The notes below the pieces were generated by a model, which saw nothing but the letters and a program-made list of their open reading frames with translations, searched no databases and was not told the origin of the DNA. The position numbers and the translations under genes were made by a program. Shown in pieces: positions 39,136 through 49,331 of a DNA stretch of 64,000 nucleotides (position 1 is its first letter; each line of letters starts with the position of its first letter). The DNA lies in contig CAYHIR010000004.1 in assembly GCA_964356815.1 (NCBI GenBank), forward strand, positions 842-64,841, given 5' to 3'. Source of the stretch: an uncultured Candidatus Saccharibacteria bacterium (GTDB lineage Bacteria > Patescibacteriota > Minisyncoccia > Phycocordibacterales > DATGWK01).

Positions 39136-40296
39136 ATGAATAATACAAACAATACGAAAAAGATTCTGATTGGCGTCGTGGTGCTTGTTTTGATTATCGG
39201 TTTTGTTGCCTATTTTTCTGCCACACTCTCTGATTCACCGGAAAAAGTGGCAAAAGAGCTGAACATTGGCCTGATTTCCATTCTCAGCGGCGATTATGCG
39301 GCTTCTGGAGAAAACATAAAGAACGGAGTCGTCCTTGCTTCTGAGCAATACAATAAAATTCACCCAGAGAGCCCCATTCACCTTTTTATTGAAGACGATG
39401 GATTTAGTAGCCGCAAAGGTGTGAGTGCGTATCAAAAACTCACCTCTCTCAATCATATTGATGGACTCATTAATGTCTCTACACCGACAATCGATTCTAT
39501 TTATGAGTCCGTAGTAAAAGATGGTATGCCAGTTATCCAAGGTGGTGAGCAAGGCAGTAAGCCGCTTGCCGACAATGTATTTGGTATTTTTCCAGACAAT
39601 GTTGATTCTGAATATGATTACGGCGTTTATCTTAGAGAAAAAGGTGTCAAAGAAATGGTGGTGGTTTATACGAGAAATGATGCGATGATTCGGTTTGTCG
39701 AAGCGTTTAAGGCTGGTTTTCAGGGGAAAACGACGGATTTTGTAATAGACGGAGCAGAGAAAGATTTTAAAACACATGCGCTTAAAGTTTTTGCCGCTCA
39801 CCCATCAACTGTCGGCTTATTTATTTTTCCACAGCAAGGTGCATTGTTTATAGAAGAATATCTTGCGCTTGAAAAAAATAATTCGCAAAGCTCGGGTCAA
39901 AACTCAGGGCAAAGTGCGCCGCAAAATAAAGCGCAATTATTTTTTGACGCCAATTTCCAATCCGGTTTTGTAGACTACAAACGTATTCTCGGCGACACGA
40001 AAATTCTAGATGGTGCAATTGTCGGCACGATTGATCTGGCTTCCAGTGAAGAATTTAAAAAGCTCTACACAGAGCGCTTCGGCACAGAGCCACCTTTTCT
40101 CGCAGATATTGGCTACGACATGTTTAATGTTCTTGTCGAAACTCACTCTCCAGACAAAAAGGAGTGGGTTGAAAATATTCAAAATCTACACACAGCTGGT
40201 GCGAGCGGCGATATCGAATTTGGTCTGACCGGCAATCGCAAGCCAAAAACCAAAATGATGACTGTGAGAGGTGGGGAGATTGTCGATCCGCTTTAG
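39136..40296 (+). CDS. ABC transporter substrate-binding protein (Peripla_BP_6-like), paralog 5
   Basis: LNIGLISILSGDYAASGENIKNGVVLASEQYN. Confidence 0.7.
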   Translation: MNNTNNTKKILIGVVVLVLIIGFVAYFSATLSDSPEKVAKELNIGLISILSGDYAASGENIKNGVVLASEQYNKIHPESPIHLFIEDDGFSSRKGVSAYQKLTSLNHIDGLINVSTPTIDSIYESVVKDGMPVIQGGEQGSKPLADNVFGIFPDNVDSEYDYGVYLREKGVKEMVVVYTRNDAMIRFVEAFKAGFQGKTTDFVIDGAEKDFKTHALKVFAAHPSTVGLFIFPQQGALFIEEYLALEKNNSQSSGQNSGQSAPQNKAQLFFDANFQSGFVDYKRILGDTKILDGAIVGTIDLASSEEFKKLYTERFGTEPPFLADIGYDMFNVLVETHSPDKKEWVENIQNLHTAGASGDIEFGLTGNRKPKTKMMTVRGGEIVDPL

Positions 40297-40341
40297 TCAA
40301 AATTAAAAGAAAGTTTATCCTCTTTATGCATTATTCTACTA

Positions 40342-40809
40342 ATGCAAAAGGATTTTGATACTTGGAACAAGGAGAAAAAGATGGTCGATCAAAAAACGGT
40401 TAATCGAGATCTATTTTTTCATGCACGAGAAATTTGGTGGTGTAGCGCCGGACTTAATGTTGGTGTTGAGGTAGATGGTAAAAATGAAAACTTCGAGAGA
40501 CCAATGCTTATTATCAAAAAATTTAATGCCGATATGCTTTGGGTGTTGCCACTCACAACAAAAGAAAAACAAAATAAGTATTTTTATGAGTTAAAACACG
40601 AGTTTATAAAGTCTCGGGTCTTGTTGTCTCAAATTAAAACTATCAGTACTAAAAGACTGTTGCGCAAATTTGGAACTGTAACGGAGTCAGATTTTAAACA
40701 GATTATTTCTACGATCCGAGATATCCTGATAAACGAAAACCCCCTTTCGGGGGCCTTCGCGGAGGCCGAAGCCACTAATGCACAAAGTATAGACGAAAAT
40801 AAAAAATAA
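40342..40809 (+). CDS. MazF/PemK-like endoribonuclease toxin (solitary)
   Basis: REIWWCSAGLNVGVEVDGKNENFERPMLIIKKFNADMLWVLPLTTK and SRVLLSQIKTISTKRL fit the PemK/MazF consensus. No antitoxin ORF is nearby. Confidence 0.5.
   Translation: MQKDFDTWNKEKKMVDQKTVNRDLFFHAREIWWCSAGLNVGVEVDGKNENFERPMLIIKKFNADMLWVLPLTTKEKQNKYFYELKHEFIKSRVLLSQIKTISTKRLLRKFGTVTESDFKQIISTIRDILINENPLSGAFAEAEATNAQSIDENKK
40740..40773 (+). repeat. Tandem GC-rich hairpins (CCCCCTTTCGGGGG; CTTCGCGGAGGCCGAAG) inside the 3' end of the MazF-like ORF
   Basis: Two consecutive self-complementary GC-rich segments in an otherwise AT-rich gene tail. Confidence 0.4.
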
Positions 40810-40886
40810 GTCAAGTCTTCGGTCTCAAACTTGCCTTTTGGGCGTTAATTGATAACCTTTAACTGTATTATTAACAACAGACTTTA

Positions 40887-42074
40887 ATGAATAAAACTCT
40901 AAAAATAGTAATCGGATTGGTAATTCTTGTTGTAATTGTCTGGGCGGTCTCATATTTTAAAGATAAAAATTCTTCTAATACGGGTGCAGATTCTGGTGGT
41001 GTTATAAAGATCGGTATAATTGCTCCTCTTACTGGCACAGCTTCTTCTTACGGCGTGGAAGGCAAAAATTCAGTCGTACTAGCATTTGATGAAATCAATG
41101 CATCTGGAGGTATTGCTGGGAAGAAAATTGAATACACTGTAGAAGACGGTAAATGTGATGCAAAAGCGTCTATTGATGCTTGGACCAAATTGGTTAGCGT
41201 AAATAAAGTCAGTATGGTTTTTGGCGGGCATTGTAGCACTGAAACCATGGCCATTGCCCCTCTTTCGGCGCGAGACAATGTTCCAGTGTTTGCTGTCTTT
41301 ACTACTACCCCAGTTATTCCAAATGAAGGTGAATGGCTTTTCCGACATGTTTCTACAAATGAGTACTACGGAACAATCCTAGCTGGGCAAGCTTTCAAAA
41401 GTGGCCACAAAAAGGCGGCGGTTTTAACGGAAGTTAAGGATTTCCCGGTAACTTATTCAGACGCTTTCATCAAGGCTTACAAGGCTTTAGGTGGCGAAAT
41501 CGTTCTTGATGAGCGCTTTGACCCACAAACAAAAGACTATCGAACAATTGCTCTTAAACTTAAAGGACTCAACTACGATACGTTGTTTATAAACACACAA
41601 GGTGCGGATGTTGCGGGTCTAATTACAAATCAAATTAAAGAGCTGGGTCTCGGTAAGGCGTATCTATACAATCACGCTTTTGCACCAGCAAAATTCTTGG
41701 AAATAACTAAAGGTTATATGCCCGCTGACTATATAATCGTCAGTCCGTTTACTGACCCTAATACGCCAAAGGTGAAGGCATTTAATTCGGCTTACACAGA
41801 AAAATTCGGAGACATTTATAAATTCTCGACGTTCTTCGTCACTGCTGATTATGATTTAGTCCACCGTGTTAAAGACGCGGCCGATGCGTGCCAAGCTTCT
41901 GTTGGTTACAGCATCGATTGTGTTCGCGATCAGTTTAAAGCTGCCACATCTTACGCTGGTGTTGCCGGTAATGTGACTGTTAGTTCCCAATACTCTCCAA
42001 AAGGTGTTTTGACCCCTGTCGGTCTTCTAAAGGTTGGTGTTGGTGGTGCGACTACTATAGAGCCGGTGAAATAG
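40887..42074 (+). CDS. ABC transporter substrate-binding protein (Peripla_BP_6), paralog 6
   Basis: IKIGIIAPLTGTASSYGVEGKNSVVLAFDEINASGG. Confidence 0.8.
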   Translation: MNKTLKIVIGLVILVVIVWAVSYFKDKNSSNTGADSGGVIKIGIIAPLTGTASSYGVEGKNSVVLAFDEINASGGIAGKKIEYTVEDGKCDAKASIDAWTKLVSVNKVSMVFGGHCSTETMAIAPLSARDNVPVFAVFTTTPVIPNEGEWLFRHVSTNEYYGTILAGQAFKSGHKKAAVLTEVKDFPVTYSDAFIKAYKALGGEIVLDERFDPQTKDYRTIALKLKGLNYDTLFINTQGADVAGLITNQIKELGLGKAYLYNHAFAPAKFLEITKGYMPADYIIVSPFTDPNTPKVKAFNSAYTEKFGDIYKFSTFFVTADYDLVHRVKDAADACQASVGYSIDCVRDQFKAATSYAGVAGNVTVSSQYSPKGVLTPVGLLKVGVGGATTIEPVK

Positions 42075-42101
42075 TGCAATTAATATTTTTCTGCTCGATT
42101 T

Positions 42102-43118
42102 ATGAACAACACCACAAAAACCGTCATCGGAATTGTCGTCCTGGCGCTGATCGTTTGGGGAATTGCCGCTCTCACTAAGTCAAAAAATGATGCAGAAAAT
42201 TCAACAGAAGGGCAAAAAATAAAGGTTGGCCTTATTGCTCCCCTTTCTGGACCCGTTGCTGATTACGGAGAAGAAATAAGAAAGGGTGCAGTTGCTGGTG
42301 CTGTTGAGGGAGTTGAGCTTGTCATCGAAGATGAAAAATGTGATCCAAAAGAGGCCGTTTCGGCTTTTCAGAAGCTGACCGATTTCCAAGATATTCATTT
42401 CATTTTAGGTCCAGAGTGTGGTTCGCCACAGGAAGCAATCGTACCCCTGCTTAAAGGCAAAGAAATTATTTCTATGGTTTCGGCCGCCGCATCTTCGGAT
42501 TTGTTTGCGCAAAGTGGCGGCAATTTTTTCAACGTCCAATATTCCCTTCAAGACGAATCAAAATACGTTGCTGAGAAAATGTATGAATTAGGATATCGAA
42601 ATGTTGCGTTGGTAAGCTACGGCAATGCTTTTTCGCAGGCTCACACTGATAGTTTTAGAAAATCGTTCAAAGGAAAAATTATCTTCGATACTACAATAAT
42701 CGATCCAGCGAGCGATGTTTCGACAGAAGTTGCCAAGATAAAAGCGGCTAAAGTTGACGCTATTTATTCTCCAGACATTTCCTTTTTCTTCGCGAGTGGA
42801 GCCGCAAAGCTAGAGCAATATAAGGTCACTGCCCCTGTATTTTCTACTTACGTTGCTGAGCTTCCGGCGGTTCGCACGCTTGTCCCAAATGTCTATTACT
42901 CATTTCCAGGTGACATAACTGGCGATCAGGGCGCTGTCTACGAGCTTTCCAAACAAGCTTCTGCCATACTCACTGGCGCAGTGGTAGATTGTGACGGCGA
43001 ATATCAGTGTGTTAAAAATAAGCTCGTCTCGTCTGGTTTATTTAACGAAAATGGAGTCTACAAACGCTCTATTGTGTTGAAGCAGATAAAAGGTGGGGTG
43101 CCGGTTGATGTAAAATAA
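42102..43118 (+). CDS. ABC transporter substrate-binding protein (Peripla_BP_6), paralog 7
   Basis: IKVGLIAPLSGPVADYGEEIRKGA. Confidence 0.75.
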   Translation: MNNTTKTVIGIVVLALIVWGIAALTKSKNDAENSTEGQKIKVGLIAPLSGPVADYGEEIRKGAVAGAVEGVELVIEDEKCDPKEAVSAFQKLTDFQDIHFILGPECGSPQEAIVPLLKGKEIISMVSAAASSDLFAQSGGNFFNVQYSLQDESKYVAEKMYELGYRNVALVSYGNAFSQAHTDSFRKSFKGKIIFDTTIIDPASDVSTEVAKIKAAKVDAIYSPDISFFFASGAAKLEQYKVTAPVFSTYVAELPAVRTLVPNVYYSFPGDITGDQGAVYELSKQASAILTGAVVDCDGEYQCVKNKLVSSGLFNENGVYKRSIVLKQIKGGVPVDVK

Positions 43119-43122
43119 TGAA

Positions 43123-44229
43123 ATGAAGAAAACTTTTTGGGTTGTAGCACTACTTATCATTCTGGGCGCTATTTGGTTTGCAACAAAAAACGGTACTAAT
43201 GATGTTACTCAAACATCAATAAAAATTGGTGGTAATTATGCTCTTAGTGGTTTTGGCGCTGGTTGGGCCGAAAATCAATTAAAGGGCGCAATGCTTGCTG
43301 TGAAAGAGATCAATATGGCTGGCGGGGTATTGGATAAACAACTCGAGTTTATTGCTGAAGACAACCACAGTGAGGCAAAAGGTTCCGTTTCTGCCGCCAA
43401 TAAGCTCATATCTGTAGACAAGGTAAAATTCATGCTCACGGGCTGGAGTGATCAGACCGAGCCAGTGATTCCTATTATCGATCAAAACAAGATTGTAACT
43501 ATTACGACTTCAGCGGGTGCTAGTGATTTAGCAAAAAAAAGTGAATACCTATTTGCAACATGGCCTGTTGATAGAATTGCTGTTAAATCGCTTGCGGATT
43601 ATTCTTCAATGAAAGGATTTGGACGTGTTGCTATTGCCAACAGTATTGGACCTTGGGAAAATTCTCTAGCGGAGTCGTTTAAAGAATTTGCTGGAAAAAA
43701 AGGGTTCCAGGTACTTCTCCATGTTTCTTTTCAGTTAGATACTGTAGATTTTAAAACTCAAATAGCCCAATTGAAAGAACAGAAAATCGACGCTGTTTTT
43801 ATTCCGATGACCGATGCCACTGTGGATAGATTTCTAAAACAAGCTGGCGAACTTGGTCTAAATGCTACGATGCTATACCCGGTTGATGCTATATCCGTTG
43901 GTATAGATGAGCAACCTGCCGCTTATATAAAAAATCTAGTATACGCTATCTACGCACCCTCAAAAGAAAAATTTGTTATGGCATTTAGAAAGGAATACGG
44001 AATAGATCCGGGTGCTTCAGCTGATACAGCCTACGACGCTGTTTATATGATTGCTCAGGCCATTGAAAAAGCTGGCACTACCGAGACTGACAAGGTTATA
44101 AATTCTTTCACTCCGTTTGACGGTGCTTCAGGGAAAACTGTTTTCGATCAATACGGAGACAGATCAGATGCAGAGGTCATTCTCATGGGTTTTGATGGTG
44201 TGACTAGAGTACCGCAAAAGATTAGATAG
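43123..44229 (+). CDS. ABC transporter substrate-binding protein (Peripla_BP_6), paralog 8
   Basis: IKIGGNYALSGFGAGWAENQLKGAMLAVKEINMAGG. Confidence 0.75.
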   Translation: MKKTFWVVALLIILGAIWFATKNGTNDVTQTSIKIGGNYALSGFGAGWAENQLKGAMLAVKEINMAGGVLDKQLEFIAEDNHSEAKGSVSAANKLISVDKVKFMLTGWSDQTEPVIPIIDQNKIVTITTSAGASDLAKKSEYLFATWPVDRIAVKSLADYSSMKGFGRVAIANSIGPWENSLAESFKEFAGKKGFQVLLHVSFQLDTVDFKTQIAQLKEQKIDAVFIPMTDATVDRFLKQAGELGLNATMLYPVDAISVGIDEQPAAYIKNLVYAIYAPSKEKFVMAFRKEYGIDPGASADTAYDAVYMIAQAIEKAGTTETDKVINSFTPFDGASGKTVFDQYGDRSDAEVILMGFDGVTRVPQKIR

Positions 44230-44255
44230 GAGAATATAACATCTCAAAAAACTCG

Positions 44256-44993
44256 ATGCTAACCAAAGAAACCCTCCTCAAAACCCACAATCTTCACGTC
44301 CACTACGGTGGTGTACGAGCACTCGATGGTGCTTCAGTGGAAATAGATGAGGGTGAGATTGTGGCACTTATGGGGCCAAATGGTGCGGGCAAATCTACTG
44401 TTTTGAAGGCGATTTTTGGTATTGCGCCGGTTGCTTCGGGCGAGATTTTTTGGCATGGCAAGCCGATCAAGCCGGTGCCTCACGAGGTGGTCTCGCTAGG
44501 CATTTCTTTTGTGCCCCAAGGTCGCCGGGTTTTTAAGCATCTGACCGTCTACGAAAACATCGAAATCGGTGGCTGGGCGGTGCCGGAGCGACATGTGGTG
44601 AAAGAGCGGATTGCCGAAGTCCTCGACCTCTTCCCCGCTCTCAAGGCCAAGCTCAGCGCCAAGTCGGGCACTCTCTCTGGTGGCCAACAGCAAATGGTGG
44701 CTCTCGCCCGCGGCCTCATGACCGATCCCAAAGTTCTTCTTCTCGACGAGCCATCTCTCGGCCTCGCTCCAAAAATCGTCAAAGAAGTTTTCGAAAAAAT
44801 TCGAGAAATAAATGAACGACGCAAAACCGCAATTGTTGTCGTTGAGCACAATATTAAATCTCTTCTCGAATTCACCGACCGCGCTTATGTTTTAGACAAA
44901 GGAAAGGTTGTCGCTGTGGCTCCTGGTAAAGATTTTCTAACCAACGACACACTCGAAAAAGTTTTTATGGGGCGATTTGTGGGACAGGTTTAG
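44256..44993 (+). CDS. livF: Branched-chain amino acid ABC transporter ATP-binding protein
   Basis: Walker A GPNGAGKST. LSGGQQQMVALARGL signature. LLLDEP. Confidence 0.85.
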   Translation: MLTKETLLKTHNLHVHYGGVRALDGASVEIDEGEIVALMGPNGAGKSTVLKAIFGIAPVASGEIFWHGKPIKPVPHEVVSLGISFVPQGRRVFKHLTVYENIEIGGWAVPERHVVKERIAEVLDLFPALKAKLSAKSGTLSGGQQQMVALARGLMTDPKVLLLDEPSLGLAPKIVKEVFEKIREINERRKTAIVVVEHNIKSLLEFTDRAYVLDKGKVVAVAPGKDFLTNDTLEKVFMGRFVGQV

Positions 44994-45060
44994 AGGTGGC
45001 TGTATGGTTTTATGGGTATTACCGGTCTTAGTGTTTGGTTATAACGTTTGTAGTAAAGCT

Positions 45061-45255
45061 TCATAGAGCTCCAACATAGGAAGCTATTTTTTTCGGCATG
45101 TGAGTGAGAAGTGGTGTGTCAGAACTTTTTTTTCTTGCTTGCAACACAGCTTCGCGCACAGTTTTGCCTGCGCCAAGTACGGTTTGTTCGTCTTTGGCTA
45201 GGGCTACCCATAGACCTTTGTATTTTTTGTGTATTTTTGTCCAATTTATGCTCAT
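45061..45255 (-). CDS. Small DUF5678-like protein
   Basis: KYKGLWVALAKDEQTVLGAGKTVREAVLQARKK pattern. 64 aa. Confidence 0.3.
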   Translation of the reverse strand: MSINWTKIHKKYKGLWVALAKDEQTVLGAGKTVREAVLQARKKSSDTPLLTHMPKKIASYVGAL

Positions 45256-45325
45256 ATTGTCGCTATCATAGCATCCTTTTTATATTTTAATAATCGACCT
45301 TTGTTTTCGTCATTTTTCTTTCTTT

Positions 45326-46942
45326 TCACCCATCATCTTCCTCACCGCGAAACTGTAATGCCTCCAGAACATGCCGCTCTTTTATAAATTTCTCGTCGTC
45401 TAAATCAGCAATCGTGCGAGCCACGCGCCAAGTGCGATGAAAAGCGCGCATTGAAAGGCCGAGCTTGTCACCAAACTCAATTAGTTTTTCTTCGGCCACT
45501 TTTTCTATTGGTGCGAGCTTGGCCAAATCGCGGCCGGCGATGTAGGCGTTTATTTTTGATTGCCGGGCGAGCTGACGACCTCGAGCCGCAGCAATTCTTT
45601 CGCGTGCTTTCTGGGTTTCTGTTTTTGTGTCAGTATTTGTATTGACTTTTATTTTTCTAAAATCAATTTCTCCAACTTCAATGCGCAAATCTATGCGATC
45701 GAGAATCGGCCCAGAAATTTTTTTGGTATAACGCGATTTATCTTTTAATGTGCAGATACAATTTTTGTTTTCACTTTTTGCATAACCACACGGGCAAGGG
45801 TTCATTGCGGCGACAAGCATGAAGTATGCCGGAAAAACCACACTGCCTTTTATCCTCGAAATAGAAACTCGGTGCTCTTCAAGAGGCTCGCGCAAGGCTT
45901 CAATCACGCGTCTGTCAAACTCGGGAAATTCGTCAAGAAAAAGTATGCCGTGATGAGCGAGCGTCATTTCGCCAGGCTTTGGATGTGTGCCACCGCCAGC
46001 GATGGCAATGTATGAAGATGTATGATGTGGCGAACGAAATGGTCGGATGGTGAAAATCGGCGAGCGGTTTTGTCCGGTAAAATTTTCAGCATGCAAAAAG
46101 GCACCGGCCACAGAATGAATCGCTGTGACCTCTAAAGATTCTTCAAAAGAAAGTGGGGGTAGAATTGTTTTTAGTGTTTTGGCGAGCATCGTTTTGCCGG
46201 CCCCTGGCGGCCCAACAAATAAAATATTGTGACCTCCAGCCGCCGCAATTTCGAGCGCCCGCTTTGCACTCTCCTGCCCTTTTATTTCCTCCAAATATAT
46301 TTCGTCGCCCGAGTTTGTCGAGTCTGAATCCGTCGCTTCCAAAAGCGCGAGCGACTCTGCCGAAAGCGACGCTTCTTCTACAAGCCGCGCGCTATGTACT
46401 GGCCCACTTTTTTCGCGTGAAAATTCTTCATCTACATGCCCAATCACTTCCGCCAAGCTTTGTGCACCGAAAATTTTTACATCTTGAATAAGCGCCGCTT
46501 CGCGGGCGTTTTCTTTCGGCAGAAAAATTTCTCGGAAGCCCAGCCGCTTTGCTTCGGCGACGATTGCCAGCGCGCCACTTATTGGCCGCAAGCGGCCGTC
46601 GAGCGAAAGTTCGCCGAGAAAAAGTTTTTCACGCGCTGTGAAACGAATTTCTCCTGCCGCCAAAAGATAGCCAATAGCCATAGCCAAATCGAAAGCCGGT
46701 CCAGCTTTGCGAACATCAGCCGGGGCTAGTGAGATGACTACTTTTTGATTTTTATACTTCGGCGACCGAAACCCAGAATTTTTTATGGCTGCCGATATTC
46801 TGTCGCGAGCTTCCTCTATGGCTTTGTCTCCCAAACCAACAACCGAAAAAGCGTGTAGACCCCTTGAGAGATCTATTTCAATGTCGATTATTTGGCCAGC
46901 AAGAAAACGCGTTTGCCCGCTATGAACTTTGGCAAATCCCAT
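45326..46942 (-). CDS. comM: YifB/ComM-family Mg-chelatase-like AAA+ ATPase
   Basis: Characteristic N-terminal MGFAKVHS..GL. Walker A GPPGAGKTMLAK. C-terminal ComM domain. Confidence 0.9.
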   Translation of the reverse strand: MGFAKVHSGQTRFLAGQIIDIEIDLSRGLHAFSVVGLGDKAIEEARDRISAAIKNSGFRSPKYKNQKVVISLAPADVRKAGPAFDLAMAIGYLLAAGEIRFTAREKLFLGELSLDGRLRPISGALAIVAEAKRLGFREIFLPKENAREAALIQDVKIFGAQSLAEVIGHVDEEFSREKSGPVHSARLVEEASLSAESLALLEATDSDSTNSGDEIYLEEIKGQESAKRALEIAAAGGHNILFVGPPGAGKTMLAKTLKTILPPLSFEESLEVTAIHSVAGAFLHAENFTGQNRSPIFTIRPFRSPHHTSSYIAIAGGGTHPKPGEMTLAHHGILFLDEFPEFDRRVIEALREPLEEHRVSISRIKGSVVFPAYFMLVAAMNPCPCGYAKSENKNCICTLKDKSRYTKKISGPILDRIDLRIEVGEIDFRKIKVNTNTDTKTETQKARERIAAARGRQLARQSKINAYIAGRDLAKLAPIEKVAEEKLIEFGDKLGLSMRAFHRTWRVARTIADLDDEKFIKERHVLEALQFRGEEDDG

Positions 46943-47035
46943 ATTTATGAGTTCTGTGAAACACGGCTAATCTAATGCCGTATTGATGTAGCTAAACACA
47001 AGATAGATAAAGAAACCTTTAAGAAATGTTAAAGG

Positions 47036-47389
47036 TTACTCCATATGTTTCACACAGGTAGTGGCTGCTGGGTTGGCTTCGAGTCGCGCTTCTTCTATTT
47101 GTTCCCCTCCTGTCGTGCAGATACCGAACGAACCGTCTTCAATCCTTTTTAGAGCGTGTTTTATTTCGTTATATCTAATTTCTAGTTGTTTTAAAATGCC
47201 AGTGTTTGTTTCGTAGCCGTCTATCTTATCGGCCACTTCATCTTCGTCTAGTTTCCAAATGTCGTTGTCTGGCACGGCCTCCCAATCCGCAGGATTTTCG
47301 GGATTTTTTCGGCCCACAGTCATGAGCTCGCTTTCAACGAGCTTCAGCTCCTCAGTCAATTTTTCTTTGTATCGTTCTGTATTTTGCAC
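47036..47389 (-). CDS. DksA/TraR-family (short C4-type degenerate zinc finger) protein
   Basis: C-terminal GSFGICTTGGEQIEEARLEANPAATTCVKH. N-terminal coiled-coil. Confidence 0.5.
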   Translation of the reverse strand: MQNTERYKEKLTEELKLVESELMTVGRKNPENPADWEAVPDNDIWKLDEDEVADKIDGYETNTGILKQLEIRYNEIKHALKRIEDGSFGICTTGGEQIEEARLEANPAATTCVKHME

Positions 47390-47452
47390 GAGACTATTAT
47401 ACCAAATGTCTACTAAGTCACGCCAGTCTAGCCAAGGTTTGCGCGCCGTGGC

Positions 47453-48661
47453 TTAGCGCACCAGCCCTCTTGAGAGATATCGAGCGACGATTTCGCGGAA
47501 AGTTTCTTCGTGGGTGGCGATCACGAGGTGACCCGTGTCGATAAAAGAATAAAGGATTAAAATTTTGCCATTCGAATCTCGGAGTACGCGAGTGTCGCGA
47601 CTTTTTACGATCAGGTCTTCAAATTTGTCGCGAGGTACAGCGTTTGAAAATACGATTGCACCCGGTGAAGTTGTTTTAAAAATTTTGCCGATGTCGCCAA
47701 GAATTTTTGGTTCCCATGCAAGCATCGCACTGTACGCGCTGTCGAAAGTTTCGAGTTCAAAAATAACAAAAGGCTCATTTATAAAAGGATCAACTTTCGG
47801 CAAACTATAAAAACCGAGCAACCAATTTTCGCCAAGTGCGCGACCCAAAGCCGAAGGCGCACTTTTTGCTAGTGCTCCAAAAAATTCTTCTGGCGTTATC
47901 GGCTCAGCCTCGGCGAAAGTGTTTATCAGTCTTTCTTTTTTTAAATCGATCTGTGTGAGCGTGCCGTTGCCACCATTTTCTTGTGTGGCTTTTTGAACCA
48001 ATTCTTCCACAATTTCTTTAGATAAAGATGTGAGCACAACTTCTTTCGAATCATCAATAGAAATTATGGTTTGCATCTCTACCTTCGATGGTGCCACTTG
48101 TCGATTTTTAAAATAAAATGTCACAGCTAATGTGCCAAGTGCAGCGGCGATAAGAATGCCGCTCATTATAAAAAGCAAACTCCCTCTCGCTACTTTTTCA
48201 CTCGCACTTTGTTCGGCGGAGAAACCACCGCCTGCACCACCGCTTCGATTTTGTTCGAGCCGCCGTTTCTGCTCGGCAAGATTTATACTCATCGTCGTTT
48301 CGCCGGCGCGGATTGAGTCTGCCACATCGCGCTCGTATGTGCGAAGAGATTGGATTATTGAATTTGTGTTTTCTTTCGGAACCTCTTCCGCCAATGTTTC
48401 TTCTTGTGTAGTTTCCTCCGCTACTGTCGGTACGGTCGCCACCGTTTCCACTTTCGGTGTAAATTCTTCTGGTTCAGGTTTTGGAACTTCGCTAGTTTGA
48501 TTTTCAGAGGTGTCTATATCGCCCGCCACTTGCGGCATAATCTCTATTCCCACATTTGCCAAAGCGCCTTTGAATTCTTGCTCGCCCCCTTTCTGAAGCG
48601 CGCTACTTATTTTAGAAATTTTGTCGTCTTCAAGTGAAAGACCGTTTTGGTCGTCATTCAT
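47453..48661 (-). CDS. Hypothetical single-pass membrane protein
   Basis: Acidic N-terminal region, a central TM helix (LLFIMSGILIAAALGTLAVTFYF), and a C-terminal globular region. Confidence 0.45.
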   Translation of the reverse strand: MNDDQNGLSLEDDKISKISSALQKGGEQEFKGALANVGIEIMPQVAGDIDTSENQTSEVPKPEPEEFTPKVETVATVPTVAEETTQEETLAEEVPKENTNSIIQSLRTYERDVADSIRAGETTMSINLAEQKRRLEQNRSGGAGGGFSAEQSASEKVARGSLLFIMSGILIAAALGTLAVTFYFKNRQVAPSKVEMQTIISIDDSKEVVLTSLSKEIVEELVQKATQENGGNGTLTQIDLKKERLINTFAEAEPITPEEFFGALAKSAPSALGRALGENWLLGFYSLPKVDPFINEPFVIFELETFDSAYSAMLAWEPKILGDIGKIFKTTSPGAIVFSNAVPRDKFEDLIVKSRDTRVLRDSNGKILILYSFIDTGHLVIATHEETFREIVARYLSRGLVR

Positions 48662-48714
48662 GAAATTATTATATCACCGCCGCAGATAATTTTCGGCGCA
48701 CTATCGGCGCGAAT

Positions 48715-49263
48715 TTATTCTGCAGATTTATCTTCTCTCTTGTCGCCGCGATTTTTGCCGATCATGAGATAACGGCGTGGATTTGAGTCGAGGTCGATGA
48801 AGTCGTCGACAGCTTCGATGAGGCGTGAAGAAGAAGATTTTCCAAAAGCGATGGCTTCTACCTGGCAACCTTCATTTGTTTTTAAATATTCGACGAGAGG
48901 AATAAAATCGCCGTCACCAGAAACGATCACAACTGTGTCGAGTTTTGGTGCGAGCTTTACGGCATCGATAGCGAGGCCAACGTCCCAATCGGCTTTCTTT
49001 GCACCGCCGGAAAAAATTTGGAGATTTTTGGTTTTAGTTTCGATTCCAACTTTGCTCAAAGCTTCGAAAAAGTTTTTTTCATCGCCGCTTTCTGTGGTGA
49101 TGACATAAGCCACGGCGCGAATGAGTGAACGGCCAGCGACCGCATCTTTCACAATCTGACCAAAATTTACTTTAGAGTGATAAAGATTTTTGGCGCTGTG
49201 ATAAAGATTTTGCGTGTCAATGAAGATTCCAACTCGTTGATTTTTGTGTTTTACGACGGGCAT
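48715..49263 (-). CDS. NYN-domain (LabA-like) protein
   Basis: RVGIFIDTQNLY, then DTVVIVSGDGDFIPLVEYLK. Confidence 0.75.
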   Translation of the reverse strand: MPVVKHKNQRVGIFIDTQNLYHSAKNLYHSKVNFGQIVKDAVAGRSLIRAVAYVITTESGDEKNFFEALSKVGIETKTKNLQIFSGGAKKADWDVGLAIDAVKLAPKLDTVVIVSGDGDFIPLVEYLKTNEGCQVEAIAFGKSSSSRLIEAVDDFIDLDSNPRRYLMIGKNRGDKREDKSAE

Positions 49264-49331
49264 TTTTAAATGATTTAAATGAGCTATTTATTAAAATTTG
49301 GCGACTTTCCCGGTGCCGGCGACTCGTGGCC

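Noticed and set aside
39235-39801. 188-aa minus-strand ORF inside SBP paralog 5
   Set aside because: It is antisense to a gene with clear family motifs. It has no RBS and no recognisable domain.
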